Assembly (NCBI GenBank): GCA_017450215.1
Contig: JAFSVH010000063.1
Location: forward strand, 5,603-69,602
Length of the DNA: 64,000 nt
From: Bacilli bacterium
GTDB taxonomy: Bacteria; Bacillota_I; Bacilli_A; ML615J-28; CAG-698
Direction of reading: 5' to 3'
A program made the position numbers and the translations under genes. Below, piece after piece: positions 28,538 to 38,733 of the stretch (position 1 is its first letter; every line of letters begins with the position of its first letter). Below the pieces are notes generated by a model, which was not told the DNA's origin, made no database searches, and worked only from the letters and a program-made list of their open reading frames with translations.

Positions 28538-29677
28538 TTATTTTCTCCATATTATTTTATTAATTATACCAGTATAACTTTGTATTATTTTCACAACTTT
28601 AGTACTTACATTGTTATCGTCATAAGCAGGTACAATAACTCCATTATCACCATTCTTATGCATTTCAACTGCTAAATCTACAGCTTGTAATACTTGTTCA
28701 GTTGTAATTGATCCAATTACAAATACACCTTTATCCATAGCTTCTGGTCTTTCAGTAGATGTTCTAACTGAAACTGCAGGAAACTTAAAGTATGCACCTT
28801 CTTCTGGAATTGTTCCACTATCACTTACTACACAAAAAGCATTTTGTTGAAGCTTATTATAATCAAAGAAACCTAATGGTTGATGTTGAATTACTCTTCT
28901 ATCAAACTTAAAGTTTCTTGCTTCAATAAACTTCTTACTTCTTGGATGACAAGAATATAATATAGGCATATCATATTTTTCAGCCATTGCATTTACAGCA
29001 TTCATTAAACTAAAGAAATTTGCTTCATTATCAATATTTTCTTCTCTATGAGCAGATAATAAAATATATCCATTTTTCTTTAAGCCTAATGTTTCTAATA
29101 CATTTGATTTATTAATATTATCAATACAATCATCTAATACTTCTTTCATTGGTGAACCAACAACAAATGTATATTCAGGTTTCACACCACTATCAAGAAT
29201 ATATCTTCTTGCATGTTCAGAATAACACAAATTAACATCTGATGTTACATCAACTATTCTTCTAATTACTTCTTCAGGTAAATTTTCATCTTTACATCTA
29301 TTACCAGCTTCCATATGAAAAACAGGAATATGAAGTCTTTTAGCAGATAATACACATAAACAAGAATTTGTATCTCCCAATACAATGATTGCATCAGGTT
29401 TAACTTCACTAAATAATTTATATGATTTAGCAATAACATTACCCATTGTTTCACCTAAATCATTTCCAACTACAACTAAATAATAATCTGGTTCTCTTAA
29501 ACCTAAATCTTTAAAAAACACTTCATTTAATTGGTAATCATAGTTTTGACCAGTATGAACTAAAATATGATCAAAATACTTATCACATTTTTTAATGATT
29601 GCTGACATCTTAATTATTTCAGGTCTTGTACCAACTATTGTCATTAATTTTAGTTTATTCATTAAACAATCCTCCAT
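28538..29677 (-). CDS. Non-hydrolysing UDP-sugar 2-epimerase (FnlC/WbjD/QnlB-like)
   Basis: IVGTRPEIIK, HTGQNYD, LGDTNS, HMEAGNR, SAHREEN, SDSGT, TERPE. Confidence 0.92.
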   Translation of the reverse strand: MEDCLMNKLKLMTIVGTRPEIIKMSAIIKKCDKYFDHILVHTGQNYDYQLNEVFFKDLGLREPDYYLVVVGNDLGETMGNVIAKSYKLFSEVKPDAIIVLGDTNSCLCVLSAKRLHIPVFHMEAGNRCKDENLPEEVIRRIVDVTSDVNLCYSEHARRYILDSGVKPEYTFVVGSPMKEVLDDCIDNINKSNVLETLGLKKNGYILLSAHREENIDNEANFFSLMNAVNAMAEKYDMPILYSCHPRSKKFIEARNFKFDRRVIQHQPLGFFDYNKLQQNAFCVVSDSGTIPEEGAYFKFPAVSVRTSTERPEAMDKGVFVIGSITTEQVLQAVDLAVEMHKNGDNGVIVPAYDDNNVSTKVVKIIQSYTGIINKIIWRK

Positions 29678-29693
29678 TATTATTTAGATTGCA

Positions 29694-30590
29694 TTATAAA
29701 TGGTAATGTGGATATAAATCTTTATGATTCTTGATCCATTCAGCCATTTCTTTTACCATTGTTTCATAATCAGGAATTAAATAATCAAATTCAAATTTAG
29801 TTCTTTTTAATGATTTATCAGCATTAACTCCTTCAACAGGATTAATTTGAATTCTATCATTTCTTAAATATTTGTTGAAAAGTTTTAACAAATCATATTT
29901 AGAAATTGATTTATTTGGGACAGTATTATATAAACCATGTGCTCTTCTCAATGCAGCTTGCTCCATTGTTTTAGCAAGTTGGAGTGTTGTTTGTCCTGTC
30001 CACATTGCTTTAGTATAACCATTAATTGGTCCCTCTTGCTTTAAAAACCAATTTAATAATCCAATTCCATTTGGATTTATGTCAGGTCCAACAATTGAAT
30101 TTCTTAAAGTAATATTCTTATTATCATTTAATTCTCCAAGTGCTTTACTTCTATCATAAAAAGTTGTTCCATCTTGGAAATCATCTTCTGTATATTCTCC
30201 TCTTTTTCCACTAAATACACAATCAGTAGACATATGAATAACTTGTATATTAGTGTCCTTTGTTATTTCAGCAAGATAATGAGGAAAATATGAATTTAAA
30301 TATGTTGCTAAAGCCTTATTATCTTCAGCTGCTTGATTTAATATTCCAATGCAATTTATAACAGTATCATAATTACCTGATAAAACAATTCTTTTAACAT
30401 ATTCTTTATCACAAGCATCGCCAGCCTCAGAATCAATTAATTCTGATTTTCTTCTATCAAAGCCATAAACATAATGTCCTTGTTCTTTTAGATATAAAGA
30501 AATCATATGACCAGCCATACCACAACAGCCACAAATTAAAAATCGCATATTACTTCTCCATTTTAGAAAGTTCTTCTTGAATATAATCAA
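29694..30590 (-). CDS. RmlD-like SDR 4-reductase (WbvR/QnlA-like)
   Basis: GCCGMAGH, INCIG, HMSTDCVFSG, YDRSKALGE; no C-terminal cupin; likely start near 30548 (MRFLIC). Confidence 0.8.
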   Translation of the reverse strand: MIIFKKNFLKWRSNMRFLICGCCGMAGHMISLYLKEQGHYVYGFDRRKSELIDSEAGDACDKEYVKRIVLSGNYDTVINCIGILNQAAEDNKALATYLNSYFPHYLAEITKDTNIQVIHMSTDCVFSGKRGEYTEDDFQDGTTFYDRSKALGELNDNKNITLRNSIVGPDINPNGIGLLNWFLKQEGPINGYTKAMWTGQTTLQLAKTMEQAALRRAHGLYNTVPNKSISKYDLLKLFNKYLRNDRIQINPVEGVNADKSLKRTKFEFDYLIPDYETMVKEMAEWIKNHKDLYPHYHL

Positions 30591-31605
30591 GACTTAATAA
30601 TTTCTCTTTAACTTCTTCTTTATTCAATAATCTAGTATTATTTGAGTTAAACTCAGTTAATACATTTCTCTTCTCATCACCAATGGTAAAATACTTATCA
30701 TAATTAAGTCCACGATTGTCAGCAGGTACACGATAGAACTTACCCATATCTACTGCTTTTGCACACTCTTCATTAGTAAGTAATGTCTCATACATCTTTT
30801 CACCATGTCTAATTCCGATAACCCGAATATCTTCTTTCTTTCCACCAAACAATTCACATACAGCTTCTGCTTGTGTTTGAATTGTACATGCTGGTGCTTT
30901 TTGAATTAATAAATCACCATTTTCACCATGTTCCATAGCAAACATTACTAAGTCAACTGCTTCTTCTAATGACATAATAAATCTAGTCATTTCACCACTT
31001 GTAATAGTAATAGGATTGCCAGCTTTGATTTGATCAATCCAAAGTGGAATAACAGAACCACGAGAGCACATAACATTACCATATCTAGTACAACAGATCT
31101 TGGTATTTCTAGATTCTCTAGACTTAGCAATAGCAACACTCTCTTCTAATGCTTTAGATTTTCCCATTGCATTAATTGGATAAGCAGCTTTATCTGTTGA
31201 TAAACAGATGACAGCTTTAACTCCTGCTTCAATAGCAGCAGTTAAAACATTATCAGTACCAATGATATTAGTTCTTACTGCTTCCATTGGGAAGAACTCA
31301 CATGATGGAACTTGTTTCAATGCTGCAGCATGAAAGATATAATCTACATCATGCATTGCACTTCTGCAAGATTCTAAAGACCTAACATCACCAATATAGA
31401 ATTTTACCTTTTCTGATTCGTTAGGGTATTTAACTTGCAATTCATGACGTAAATCATCCTGCTTCTTCTCATCGCGAGAAAAAACTCTAATCTCTTTTAT
31501 ATCTGTTGTAATAAATCGATTAAGAACAGTAGATCCAAAAGAGCCTGTTCCCCCTGTAATCATTAAATTTTTTTCTTTGAAAAACGACATACAAATACCT
31601 CGCAA
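30550..31605 (-). CDS. fnlA: UDP-GlcNAc 4,6-dehydratase/5-epimerase (FnlA/WbjB/CapE)
   Basis: TGGTGSFG, FSRDEKKQ, HAAALKQVPSCEFFP, STDKAAYPINAMG, GIRHGEK, D.R.LNY..YF. Confidence 0.9.
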   Translation of the reverse strand: MRGICMSFFKEKNLMITGGTGSFGSTVLNRFITTDIKEIRVFSRDEKKQDDLRHELQVKYPNESEKVKFYIGDVRSLESCRSAMHDVDYIFHAAALKQVPSCEFFPMEAVRTNIIGTDNVLTAAIEAGVKAVICLSTDKAAYPINAMGKSKALEESVAIAKSRESRNTKICCTRYGNVMCSRGSVIPLWIDQIKAGNPITITSGEMTRFIMSLEEAVDLVMFAMEHGENGDLLIQKAPACTIQTQAEAVCELFGGKKEDIRVIGIRHGEKMYETLLTNEECAKAVDMGKFYRVPADNRGLNYDKYFTIGDEKRNVLTEFNSNNTRLLNKEEVKEKLLSLDYIQEELSKMEK

Positions 31606-31957
31606 ATTAATATATTGAAAAAGGAAACAAAAATAACAATATTTTCAATTAATTATGCATTTAATTATAATCCATTTCACATTACTTGATTCATGTTTGA
31701 TTTGTTTATTCATATAGAACAAATGAACCAAATAATTGTATTAAAAGTTTTATAAGAAAATCGACATTTTGTTTTTTTCACCTTTTAAAATAATAATTTA
31801 AATCTAAATCAGTTAGTAATCATTAATAATAAATGATTGATTTTATTTAAATAATTTAATAAGTTTTTTTATTTAATTCTTCTACTCGTTTAAAAACTTT
31901 TTCACACTCAACTATTCTTTACTAAGCTGTTTTTATATCATTCATTAATTAAAGCAG

Positions 31958-32380
31958 CTATTTTTTTCCGATTTTTTCTCTCAGTATCGTGCTACTTATT
32001 CCATCTGTGTGGGGTAGATAAACAACCTCACAACCAATTTTTGCTAGTTCAATTTCAATCTTATTCCATTTTTCTGTTCCTTGCCAATCAGAACCAACAA
32101 ACATAACATTTATCCCATATTCCATCACTGTCGATATTTTTCCTTCTATATCATATCTTTCTTGTGGTATTGCTTTATCTACGTATTTTATTGACTCTAC
32201 AATAGCGATTCGTTCATCGAATGGAATGATTGGTGTTTTATGCTTGTTTTTTTCAACAACTGCATCTGTTGAAACTCCAACAATCAAATAATCACATTGC
32301 TTTTTAGCACGCATAATAACATTCAAATGTCCAATATGAAACATATCATAAACACCTGATGTATACCCTATTTTTTTCAT
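31958..32380 (-). CDS. tagD: Glycerol-3-phosphate cytidylyltransferase-like protein
   Basis: GVYDMFHIGH, VGVSTD, VGSDW, T.GISST. Confidence 0.85.
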   Translation of the reverse strand: MKKIGYTSGVYDMFHIGHLNVIMRAKKQCDYLIVGVSTDAVVEKNKHKTPIIPFDERIAIVESIKYVDKAIPQERYDIEGKISTVMEYGINVMFVGSDWQGTEKWNKIEIELAKIGCEVVYLPHTDGISSTILREKIGKK

Positions 32381-32393
32381 AATTCTCCTTTTT

Positions 32394-33044
32394 TTAATAG
32401 AAAAAACAATCTTCCAACATTAAACACAAGCAATGATAAATTGGAAGATGATATTCCTGAACCATATAAGTTTCGTTAGAAGGCGCTTTTATTGATATAT
32501 CAGCTATTGACATTAATTCACCACCTTTTTGCCCAGTAAGACCTATAACTTTTAAATCTAATGCATGTGCAACAATAGCGGCATTTATTATATTTTTTGA
32601 ATTACCAGAAGTTGATATCCCCAATAAAACATCTCCTTTCTTACCATAACCATAAACTTGCTGAGCAAATGTCAATATTCCTCCATTTTGGACATCATTT
32701 GTATAAGCAGTAGTTAGAGCTTGATGTCCATCTAAAGCAATGGCAGGCAAACCACCTTGCAACTTCTCAGAAAGTTCCTTTCCACGAATAGGATCAATAC
32801 TTATTAACTTGCTAGCAAATTCTTTAGAGCATTTTCTTTGAAGTTTAAATCCTTTCATCAATTCTCCAACGATATGCTCAGCATCAGCACAACTCCCACC
32901 ATTACCAGCAATCAAAAGTTTATGACCTGCTGAAAAACACTCTTTTAAAATATAAAACGCTTCAATAATGGAATCCTTGCATTCCAACAAAGCAGGATAT
33001 CTTTCGATTAATAAATCTATATGTTTTTGCATTTTTTCATCCAT
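32394..33044 (-). CDS. gmhA: Sedoheptulose-7-phosphate isomerase
   Basis: AGNGGSCADAEHI, GISTSGNS, VQEYH. Confidence 0.93.
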   Translation of the reverse strand: MDEKMQKHIDLLIERYPALLECKDSIIEAFYILKECFSAGHKLLIAGNGGSCADAEHIVGELMKGFKLQRKCSKEFASKLISIDPIRGKELSEKLQGGLPAIALDGHQALTTAYTNDVQNGGILTFAQQVYGYGKKGDVLLGISTSGNSKNIINAAIVAHALDLKVIGLTGQKGGELMSIADISIKAPSNETYMVQEYHLPIYHCLCLMLEDCFFY

Positions 33045-33047
33045 ATT

Positions 33048-34319
33048 TTAATTTTCACTCAATATACTATTTACTGCATCTAGCAAATTGACTCCTTTCA
33101 CTAATTTAATAGATTTACAACCAGCATTATTGCCAGCCATAATATCATTATCACCATCACCAATAATCCACGATTTAGACAAATCAATATTAAAATCTTT
33201 TGCTGCCTTAAGAAGCATACCAGGTTTTGGCTTTCTACACTCACACTCAATTTTTAGTTCAATTATTTCTCCATCATATCCTTTATTAGGGTGATGTGGG
33301 CAATAATACAAGCCATCAATATATGCACCATTTTTTCCAAGAAGTGTTTCCATTTTATTATGAATCTCATCAAGTTCAGAAAAAGAAACTTCTCCACGCG
33401 CTATGACAGGCTGATTTGTCACAACAATTGCAAGATAACTAGAATAATTAATTTTTTTAATTGCTTCAGTTACACCATCTATCAATTCAAATTGATCTAT
33501 ACTTTTTAAAAAACCCACATATTTGTTTATCGTTCCATCTCTATCAAGAAAAATAGCTTTTTGCTTATTTCTGAAATTCTTACTATCAATAAGTCCGTTT
33601 TCACAATCTCTACAAACGGCATAATACCTATCAGGAGTGCCCATATCTTTAACATATTCTGGAGAATCATAAACAAACATTTTTCCAGAGCTAGCCAATG
33701 GTTTTAAAATTTGGCGATCTAAATCAATCTTAGGTGTGTTAACGATTGTTTCTAAAACTCTTTTATTTATAACATGAAGTCCAGCATTAACTCTATTTTT
33801 ATACCACATAGGCCTATCATCTTCTTTTGCAAGCCACTTTATCACAGACTTATCATCATCACAAATTAGAAGTCCACTATCAAAAGGATGGGAATTTGGA
33901 TGTGTAAATAACGTAACCAAACCGCCCTTTTTTTTGTGATAGTTTATAAATCTATTAAAATCTATATTGAATAATGAGTCAGCATTCAAAAGAAGAAAAT
34001 CATCAGTCAACTTTTCTTTAATCTTGAATAGCGCTCCTGCATTTCCAAGAGGTTCTTCTTCAACAAAGTATTCAATACTTACTCCAAACTCACTACCATC
34101 TTTAAAATAATCAATGATAACACTAGACATATGACTTACTGTTATAAGAATATCTGTAAATCCTTGATCTCTCAAGCACTCAATTTCATGTTGAAGAACA
34201 GGTTTTCCACATATCGGAATCATTGGCTTTGGAATGTCACTAGCAATTGAAGTAATCCTAGTTCCTTTCCCACCTGCCATTATTACAGTTTTAATAATAT
34301 TCACCTCCATAAATAACAT
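33048..34319 (-). CDS. Fused heptose-1-phosphate guanylyltransferase (HddC) and heptose-1,7-bisphosphate phosphatase (GmhB)
   Basis: MAGGKGTR...PKPM and EPLGNAG in the N-half; FLDRDGTIN, VTNQ, YCPHHP, CECRKPKPG and IGD in the C-half. Confidence 0.9.
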   Translation of the reverse strand: MLFMEVNIIKTVIMAGGKGTRITSIASDIPKPMIPICGKPVLQHEIECLRDQGFTDILITVSHMSSVIIDYFKDGSEFGVSIEYFVEEEPLGNAGALFKIKEKLTDDFLLLNADSLFNIDFNRFINYHKKKGGLVTLFTHPNSHPFDSGLLICDDDKSVIKWLAKEDDRPMWYKNRVNAGLHVINKRVLETIVNTPKIDLDRQILKPLASSGKMFVYDSPEYVKDMGTPDRYYAVCRDCENGLIDSKNFRNKQKAIFLDRDGTINKYVGFLKSIDQFELIDGVTEAIKKINYSSYLAIVVTNQPVIARGEVSFSELDEIHNKMETLLGKNGAYIDGLYYCPHHPNKGYDGEIIELKIECECRKPKPGMLLKAAKDFNIDLSKSWIIGDGDNDIMAGNNAGCKSIKLVKGVNLLDAVNSILSEN

Positions 34320-34335
34320 TCATGACATTTATAAA

Positions 34336-34695
34336 TCAAGATGTCCAAATATCCTTCATAGTATCACTAAGTTCCACACCATCGCTATACATAGAAATAA
34401 GTAAAGTATCTTCTATGTATTCAAAAGTATGAAAAGTATTAGGACCGATAGAAAAAAACATACCTGGTTTAATATTATAACTCTCATGTACTTGATCCTT
34501 CCAAACGGTCAATATAAAACTACCGTTAACAACGTAAAAAGCCTCTGAATTGAATTTATGATAGTGATTTCCACGAATAAAACCAGCCTTTGATTCAATT
34601 ACATTTATTTGTTTCCACCCATCATGCACTAATTGGACAAGACTTCCTCGCTCATTTTTGAGTTCAAAATCAACTGTTAAAAAAGTTACTAACAT
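34336..34695 (-). CDS. Cupin-fold sugar epimerase/isomerase (RmlC/WxcM-like)
   Basis: ERGSL, RGNHYH...EAFYV, P...H. Confidence 0.75.
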   Translation of the reverse strand: MLVTFLTVDFELKNERGSLVQLVHDGWKQINVIESKAGFIRGNHYHKFNSEAFYVVNGSFILTVWKDQVHESYNIKPGMFFSIGPNTFHTFEYIEDTLLISMYSDGVELSDTMKDIWTS

Positions 34696-34699
34696 TTTA

Positions 34700-35737
34700 T
34701 TACCTAGTTAAAAAAACTTTTCCATTTGAGACTCTTTTTCTCCAGTAATTAAGCAAGTCTTCCATGGTTTTTTCAAATGAAATATTTGGTTCCCAGCCTG
34801 TATGTTCTTTAAACTTTCTACAATCAGGAACTTGCAAATCCGCATCAATTGGTCTTAATCTTTCTGGATCAACCTCAATCTTAATTAGATCCTTCATAGT
34901 CGACATATTTATAAGAGTTTGCAGAGTGTCACCAACTTCACAAGTATATGAACCACCAATATTATAGTATTCCCCTGGAATTGGATTGCATGTAACCAAC
35001 ATATAATATGCTCTAACTGCATCTCTTACATCAGCATATGTTCTTAATGATTTTAAATTACCAACTTTAACAATCGGTGGAATCATTCCAGCTTCAATCA
35101 TTGCAATTTGTTTTGCAAATGTAGATTCATGGAATACATCCCCCCTTCTTGGTCCAGTATGAGTAAACATTCTAGTCGTCATAACAGTCATACCATATGC
35201 TTCCGCATAATAACGTCCTAAAAGGTCTGTGCCTACTTTAGAAATTGCGTATGGCGAAGCTGGATGAAATGGACATTCTTCATGAATTCCAGTATCTGGT
35301 TTTTTTTCAGCAGGAATCTTCCCAAATACTTCCGAAGAAGCGCACACATGTACAATAGGTTTATAATTTTTATCATCATCCATTTCAAGACGAATAGCTT
35401 CAAGAAGGCGGCAAGTTCCAAGAACATTTGTATTTAGCGTATCAATCGGAGAATCAAAACTTGTTAAAGGATAACTTTGAGCAGCTAAATGAAAAATATA
35501 ATCAGGTTTAACTTTTTTTATTACATGAATTAAGGATACTTGATCATTCAAATCAGCATAATCAAAGAACACTCTATCACGCTTATTAACTCTTTCAAGT
35601 AAATGTTCTACATTATCCAGTGGACTTCTCCATCTGCAAACACCATATACATCCCAATTTGTGTTTTCAAGTAAAAAATCACAAAGGTGTGAACCTACCA
35701 TCCCTGTAATACCAGTAATCAAGGCTTTTTTATTCAT
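34700..35737 (-). CDS. GDP-heptose/GDP-mannose 4,6-dehydratase (DmhA/WcbK-like)
   Basis: ALITGITGMVGSH, HLAAQS, SSEVFG, SPYAISK, RMFTHTGPRRGDVF, RLRPID; start set at MNKKALITG. Confidence 0.88.
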   Translation of the reverse strand: MNKKALITGITGMVGSHLCDFLLENTNWDVYGVCRWRSPLDNVEHLLERVNKRDRVFFDYADLNDQVSLIHVIKKVKPDYIFHLAAQSYPLTSFDSPIDTLNTNVLGTCRLLEAIRLEMDDDKNYKPIVHVCASSEVFGKIPAEKKPDTGIHEECPFHPASPYAISKVGTDLLGRYYAEAYGMTVMTTRMFTHTGPRRGDVFHESTFAKQIAMIEAGMIPPIVKVGNLKSLRTYADVRDAVRAYYMLVTCNPIPGEYYNIGGSYTCEVGDTLQTLINMSTMKDLIKIEVDPERLRPIDADLQVPDCRKFKEHTGWEPNISFEKTMEDLLNYWRKRVSNGKVFLTR

Positions 35738-36749
35738 ACTTGTTTTCCTCCTTATATGTATGATATTCTTCAGGGGCATAATATACAACTTCAGTCCCTG
35801 ATTCTTCAAATTTAAACGGAATATATAAACAATCAGATAAAGCTTTCTTTACATCATCTTGCTTATCTAATGGAACATAAAACAATAGAAATCCTCCTCC
35901 ACCAGCTCCTAACAATTTTCCTCCTAATGCGCCACTTTCAATAGCCATAAGATACATCTCATCTATCTTTCCATTTGAAATAGTAGGTCCAGTAGACTTT
36001 TTTAATTCCCATGCATGATTAAGTAGTTTCCCAAATTCATCTAAGCTTGTTTCTTTGTTAACAAGAATACTTTCTGCTTTATATACAAGTGATTTCATTT
36101 CTAAAAGTTGCTGCACTTTGTTTTCAATATTTTTAGATGTTTCAGTTTGAATTTCAGAAGAAAATCTAGAAAAACCCGTGAAAAATAACATTAATCTATC
36201 ATTCAATTCCTTTTTTCGGTTGGGTTCAATTATTAAAGGTCTAACAGTAAATGAGTTGTTGCTAAACTCTATTACATTAAAACCTCCATATGAAGCTGCA
36301 ATCTGATCTTGCCATCCACCTTTTTCTTTACATATATCGCGTTCCAAATGAATAGCATCTTCTGCTAATTTCTTTTTACTCGCATATTTACCCTTTAAAG
36401 AATAAAAAGCACTTAGCATTCCAACTGCAAATGAACTACTTGTTCCTAAGCCCGTTCTTGCAGGCAAATCTGCATCATAAGTAATAATCAATTCTTCCAT
36501 ATTGAGCATTTTCATGGCCTCTCGAACTGCAGGATGCTCAATCTGCTCAACTTCTTTCACACGTTCAATTTTAGAGTATGTAATTTGATTTTTGTAATCA
36601 AAAAATCTTGGTAAATGTCTGACATTTACATAACAATACTTATCAAAGGTTGTTGACAAAACTGCACCACCATATTTATTAAAAAAATCAAGCATATCAG
36701 TTCCGCCACCAAAAAACGACATTCTAAAAGGGGTTCTTGTAATAATCAT
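35730..36749 (-). CDS. hddA: D-glycero-D-manno-heptose-7-phosphate kinase (GHMP family)
   Basis: TPFRMSFFGGGTD, DLPARTGLGTSS, GWQDQ, GGKLLGAGGGG. Confidence 0.9.
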   Translation of the reverse strand: MIITRTPFRMSFFGGGTDMLDFFNKYGGAVLSTTFDKYCYVNVRHLPRFFDYKNQITYSKIERVKEVEQIEHPAVREAMKMLNMEELIITYDADLPARTGLGTSSSFAVGMLSAFYSLKGKYASKKKLAEDAIHLERDICKEKGGWQDQIAASYGGFNVIEFSNNSFTVRPLIIEPNRKKELNDRLMLFFTGFSRFSSEIQTETSKNIENKVQQLLEMKSLVYKAESILVNKETSLDEFGKLLNHAWELKKSTGPTISNGKIDEMYLMAIESGALGGKLLGAGGGGFLLFYVPLDKQDDVKKALSDCLYIPFKFEESGTEVVYYAPEEYHTYKEENKYE

Positions 36750-36761
36750 TTTCTCACTTCC

Positions 36762-37649
36762 TTACTTAAAAATAGGCTTTTCAAAAATATCAATATTAGA
36801 AACGCCAAGAATTTCTTTTAATAAACTATTATCCATTAATGTACTATCAGCACGCTTTGTTACGAAGTTTTTTTGAGTTTTATTAATACTTACAGGAATA
36901 ATTAGGCTTTTATCAAGTCCTTCAATTTCCGCAATTTTTAAAGCAACATCATATTTTGAAAGATCCGAATCTCCACATATATTTACAATACTAGAAGTAT
37001 TGCCTTTTTCAATCAATTGAACCAAAAGATATGATGCATTATCAAAACTTAATGAAGACCTATATGAATCTTTAAACATTTCAATCAAATTACCACTTTT
37101 TACAGTTTCTACGATTTCATCGTAAAAATGTTTTTTTCCAGCCAAACTAGGAGAAATCAAAAACGGAAATCTTACAACATTTCTTCCTCTATGAACAACT
37201 ATTGCTTCAGCAACGCACTTATTATGTCCATAAAAATTAACTGGATTAAGAGAATCACCCTCTTTAAAATGGTAGTTATTGATGCTATTACCATACACAC
37301 TATCAGTTGATGCATAATAAAGGCACGTTGCAAAATCAACTTTATTAATAAATTTTGATAGACAAGTAACATTAATATTCCATGCTAAGGTTTTGTTCTT
37401 TTCAACATCATCAGGTCTATGATAAGCAGCAAGATAAATAATTTTCAAATTATTCTTATCGACGATTGAAAGCAAAGCATCGACAGATTCATCATCGGTT
37501 ATATTGCACTCAACCCAAGTAATTCTATTTGTATTACGACAGTTTTTAACTCCTATACCAGCCCCAACAATGATGTCATTTGTATTGTCCAAAATATTTT
37601 TTATTAAATAACTTCCTAAAAAGCCATTTGCACCTACAATCAAATACAT
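36762..37649 (-). CDS. NDP-sugar 4-reductase, RmlD-like SDR
   Basis: VGANGFLG, ASTDSVYG, YGHNK. Confidence 0.75.
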   Translation of the reverse strand: MYLIVGANGFLGSYLIKNILDNTNDIIVGAGIGVKNCRNTNRITWVECNITDDESVDALLSIVDKNNLKIIYLAAYHRPDDVEKNKTLAWNINVTCLSKFINKVDFATCLYYASTDSVYGNSINNYHFKEGDSLNPVNFYGHNKCVAEAIVVHRGRNVVRFPFLISPSLAGKKHFYDEIVETVKSGNLIEMFKDSYRSSLSFDNASYLLVQLIEKGNTSSIVNICGDSDLSKYDVALKIAEIEGLDKSLIIPVSINKTQKNFVTKRADSTLMDNSLLKEILGVSNIDIFEKPIFK

Positions 37650-37667
37650 ATTAAACTCCTTCCTTTA

Positions 37668-38695
37668 TTAATAATCTTTTTTTTCAAAAAGAATTTTTAT
37701 TTTAGTTTTCATAATAAGCTTCCCAACCCCATATAGCAATAAAATTGACATTAGATCAACCATTACAAGTTGCAACATTTCTATTTTTTCACCAAATATG
37801 GCATTAATAAGATATCTAATAGAATCAATAACCGGATGATTTATGCAAACATAAATTACCGACATTTCTCCAATTTTTCTCAACATTCTAATAACTTCCA
37901 AATCTTTACCAACCTCAGAAAGTTTGGTTTATATTATAATTACCAAAAAAGATGCTATTAATGCATTCACTATTCCTAACGGTATAAATCCCCATTGCAT
38001 CAATCTCATGTTTACTTTAGTATTAAAAAATATTAAAGCCACAACAATACATGATAATAATAAAATGAAAACATAATATTTACGCTTCAAATTATTAATA
38101 AGATTCATAAAGTTAATTTCATTTGCCATCCTTCCAATATGATAAAACAACAATGCCACTAAAGAAACATCAATACCAAAGGGTATCTTAAAAAGCGTAA
38201 AAAATGTTGAAAGAAAACCTAAAGTACATAAAACAATTATTATCGCAGAAACAATAATCTTATTGTTCTTTGATATTACATTAATAAAATAGTAAACAAT
38301 AGAAGTAATAAACATGACAGGTAAGAACCACAATGCACTTTTAATCACTATTCCTTCATTTGGAAATAGCAAAAAAAGTTTTTAGTGTCTGTATCCAAGC
38401 ACTCGGCCTTAACATAAAAGAATTATTCAAATTGTATATTAAATAATATACCGCCCCCATAAAAAATATGGGATAAGCAAAGCTTTTATTATTGTCACAA
38501 CAATAGTTCGAGTATTCTTAGTTTTATAAAAAAACCTGAAATTATAAAGAATAGTGGCATATGAAAAGCGTAGATTAAATGATTTATAACTAATTCACTA
38601 ATATGAACATGACCTAAAATCATCAATAAAATACCAATACCCTCTGCAATGTCCATTCCAATATTTCTATATTTAGCAATTAAATGGTCATTCAT
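37668..38695 (-). pseudogene. Acyltransferase_3 (O-acetyltransferase) pseudogene in three or more pieces
   Basis: GIGILLMILGH...FHMPLFFIISG; a frameshift at a T7 run restores KALLIPYFLWG; ALWFLPVMF follows; in-frame TAA at 37929; ends with SVIYVCINHP. Confidence 0.85.
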
Positions 38696-38733
38696 AGAAA
38701 CTCTCCTATAATTTAGTTTAATATTCGTTATAA

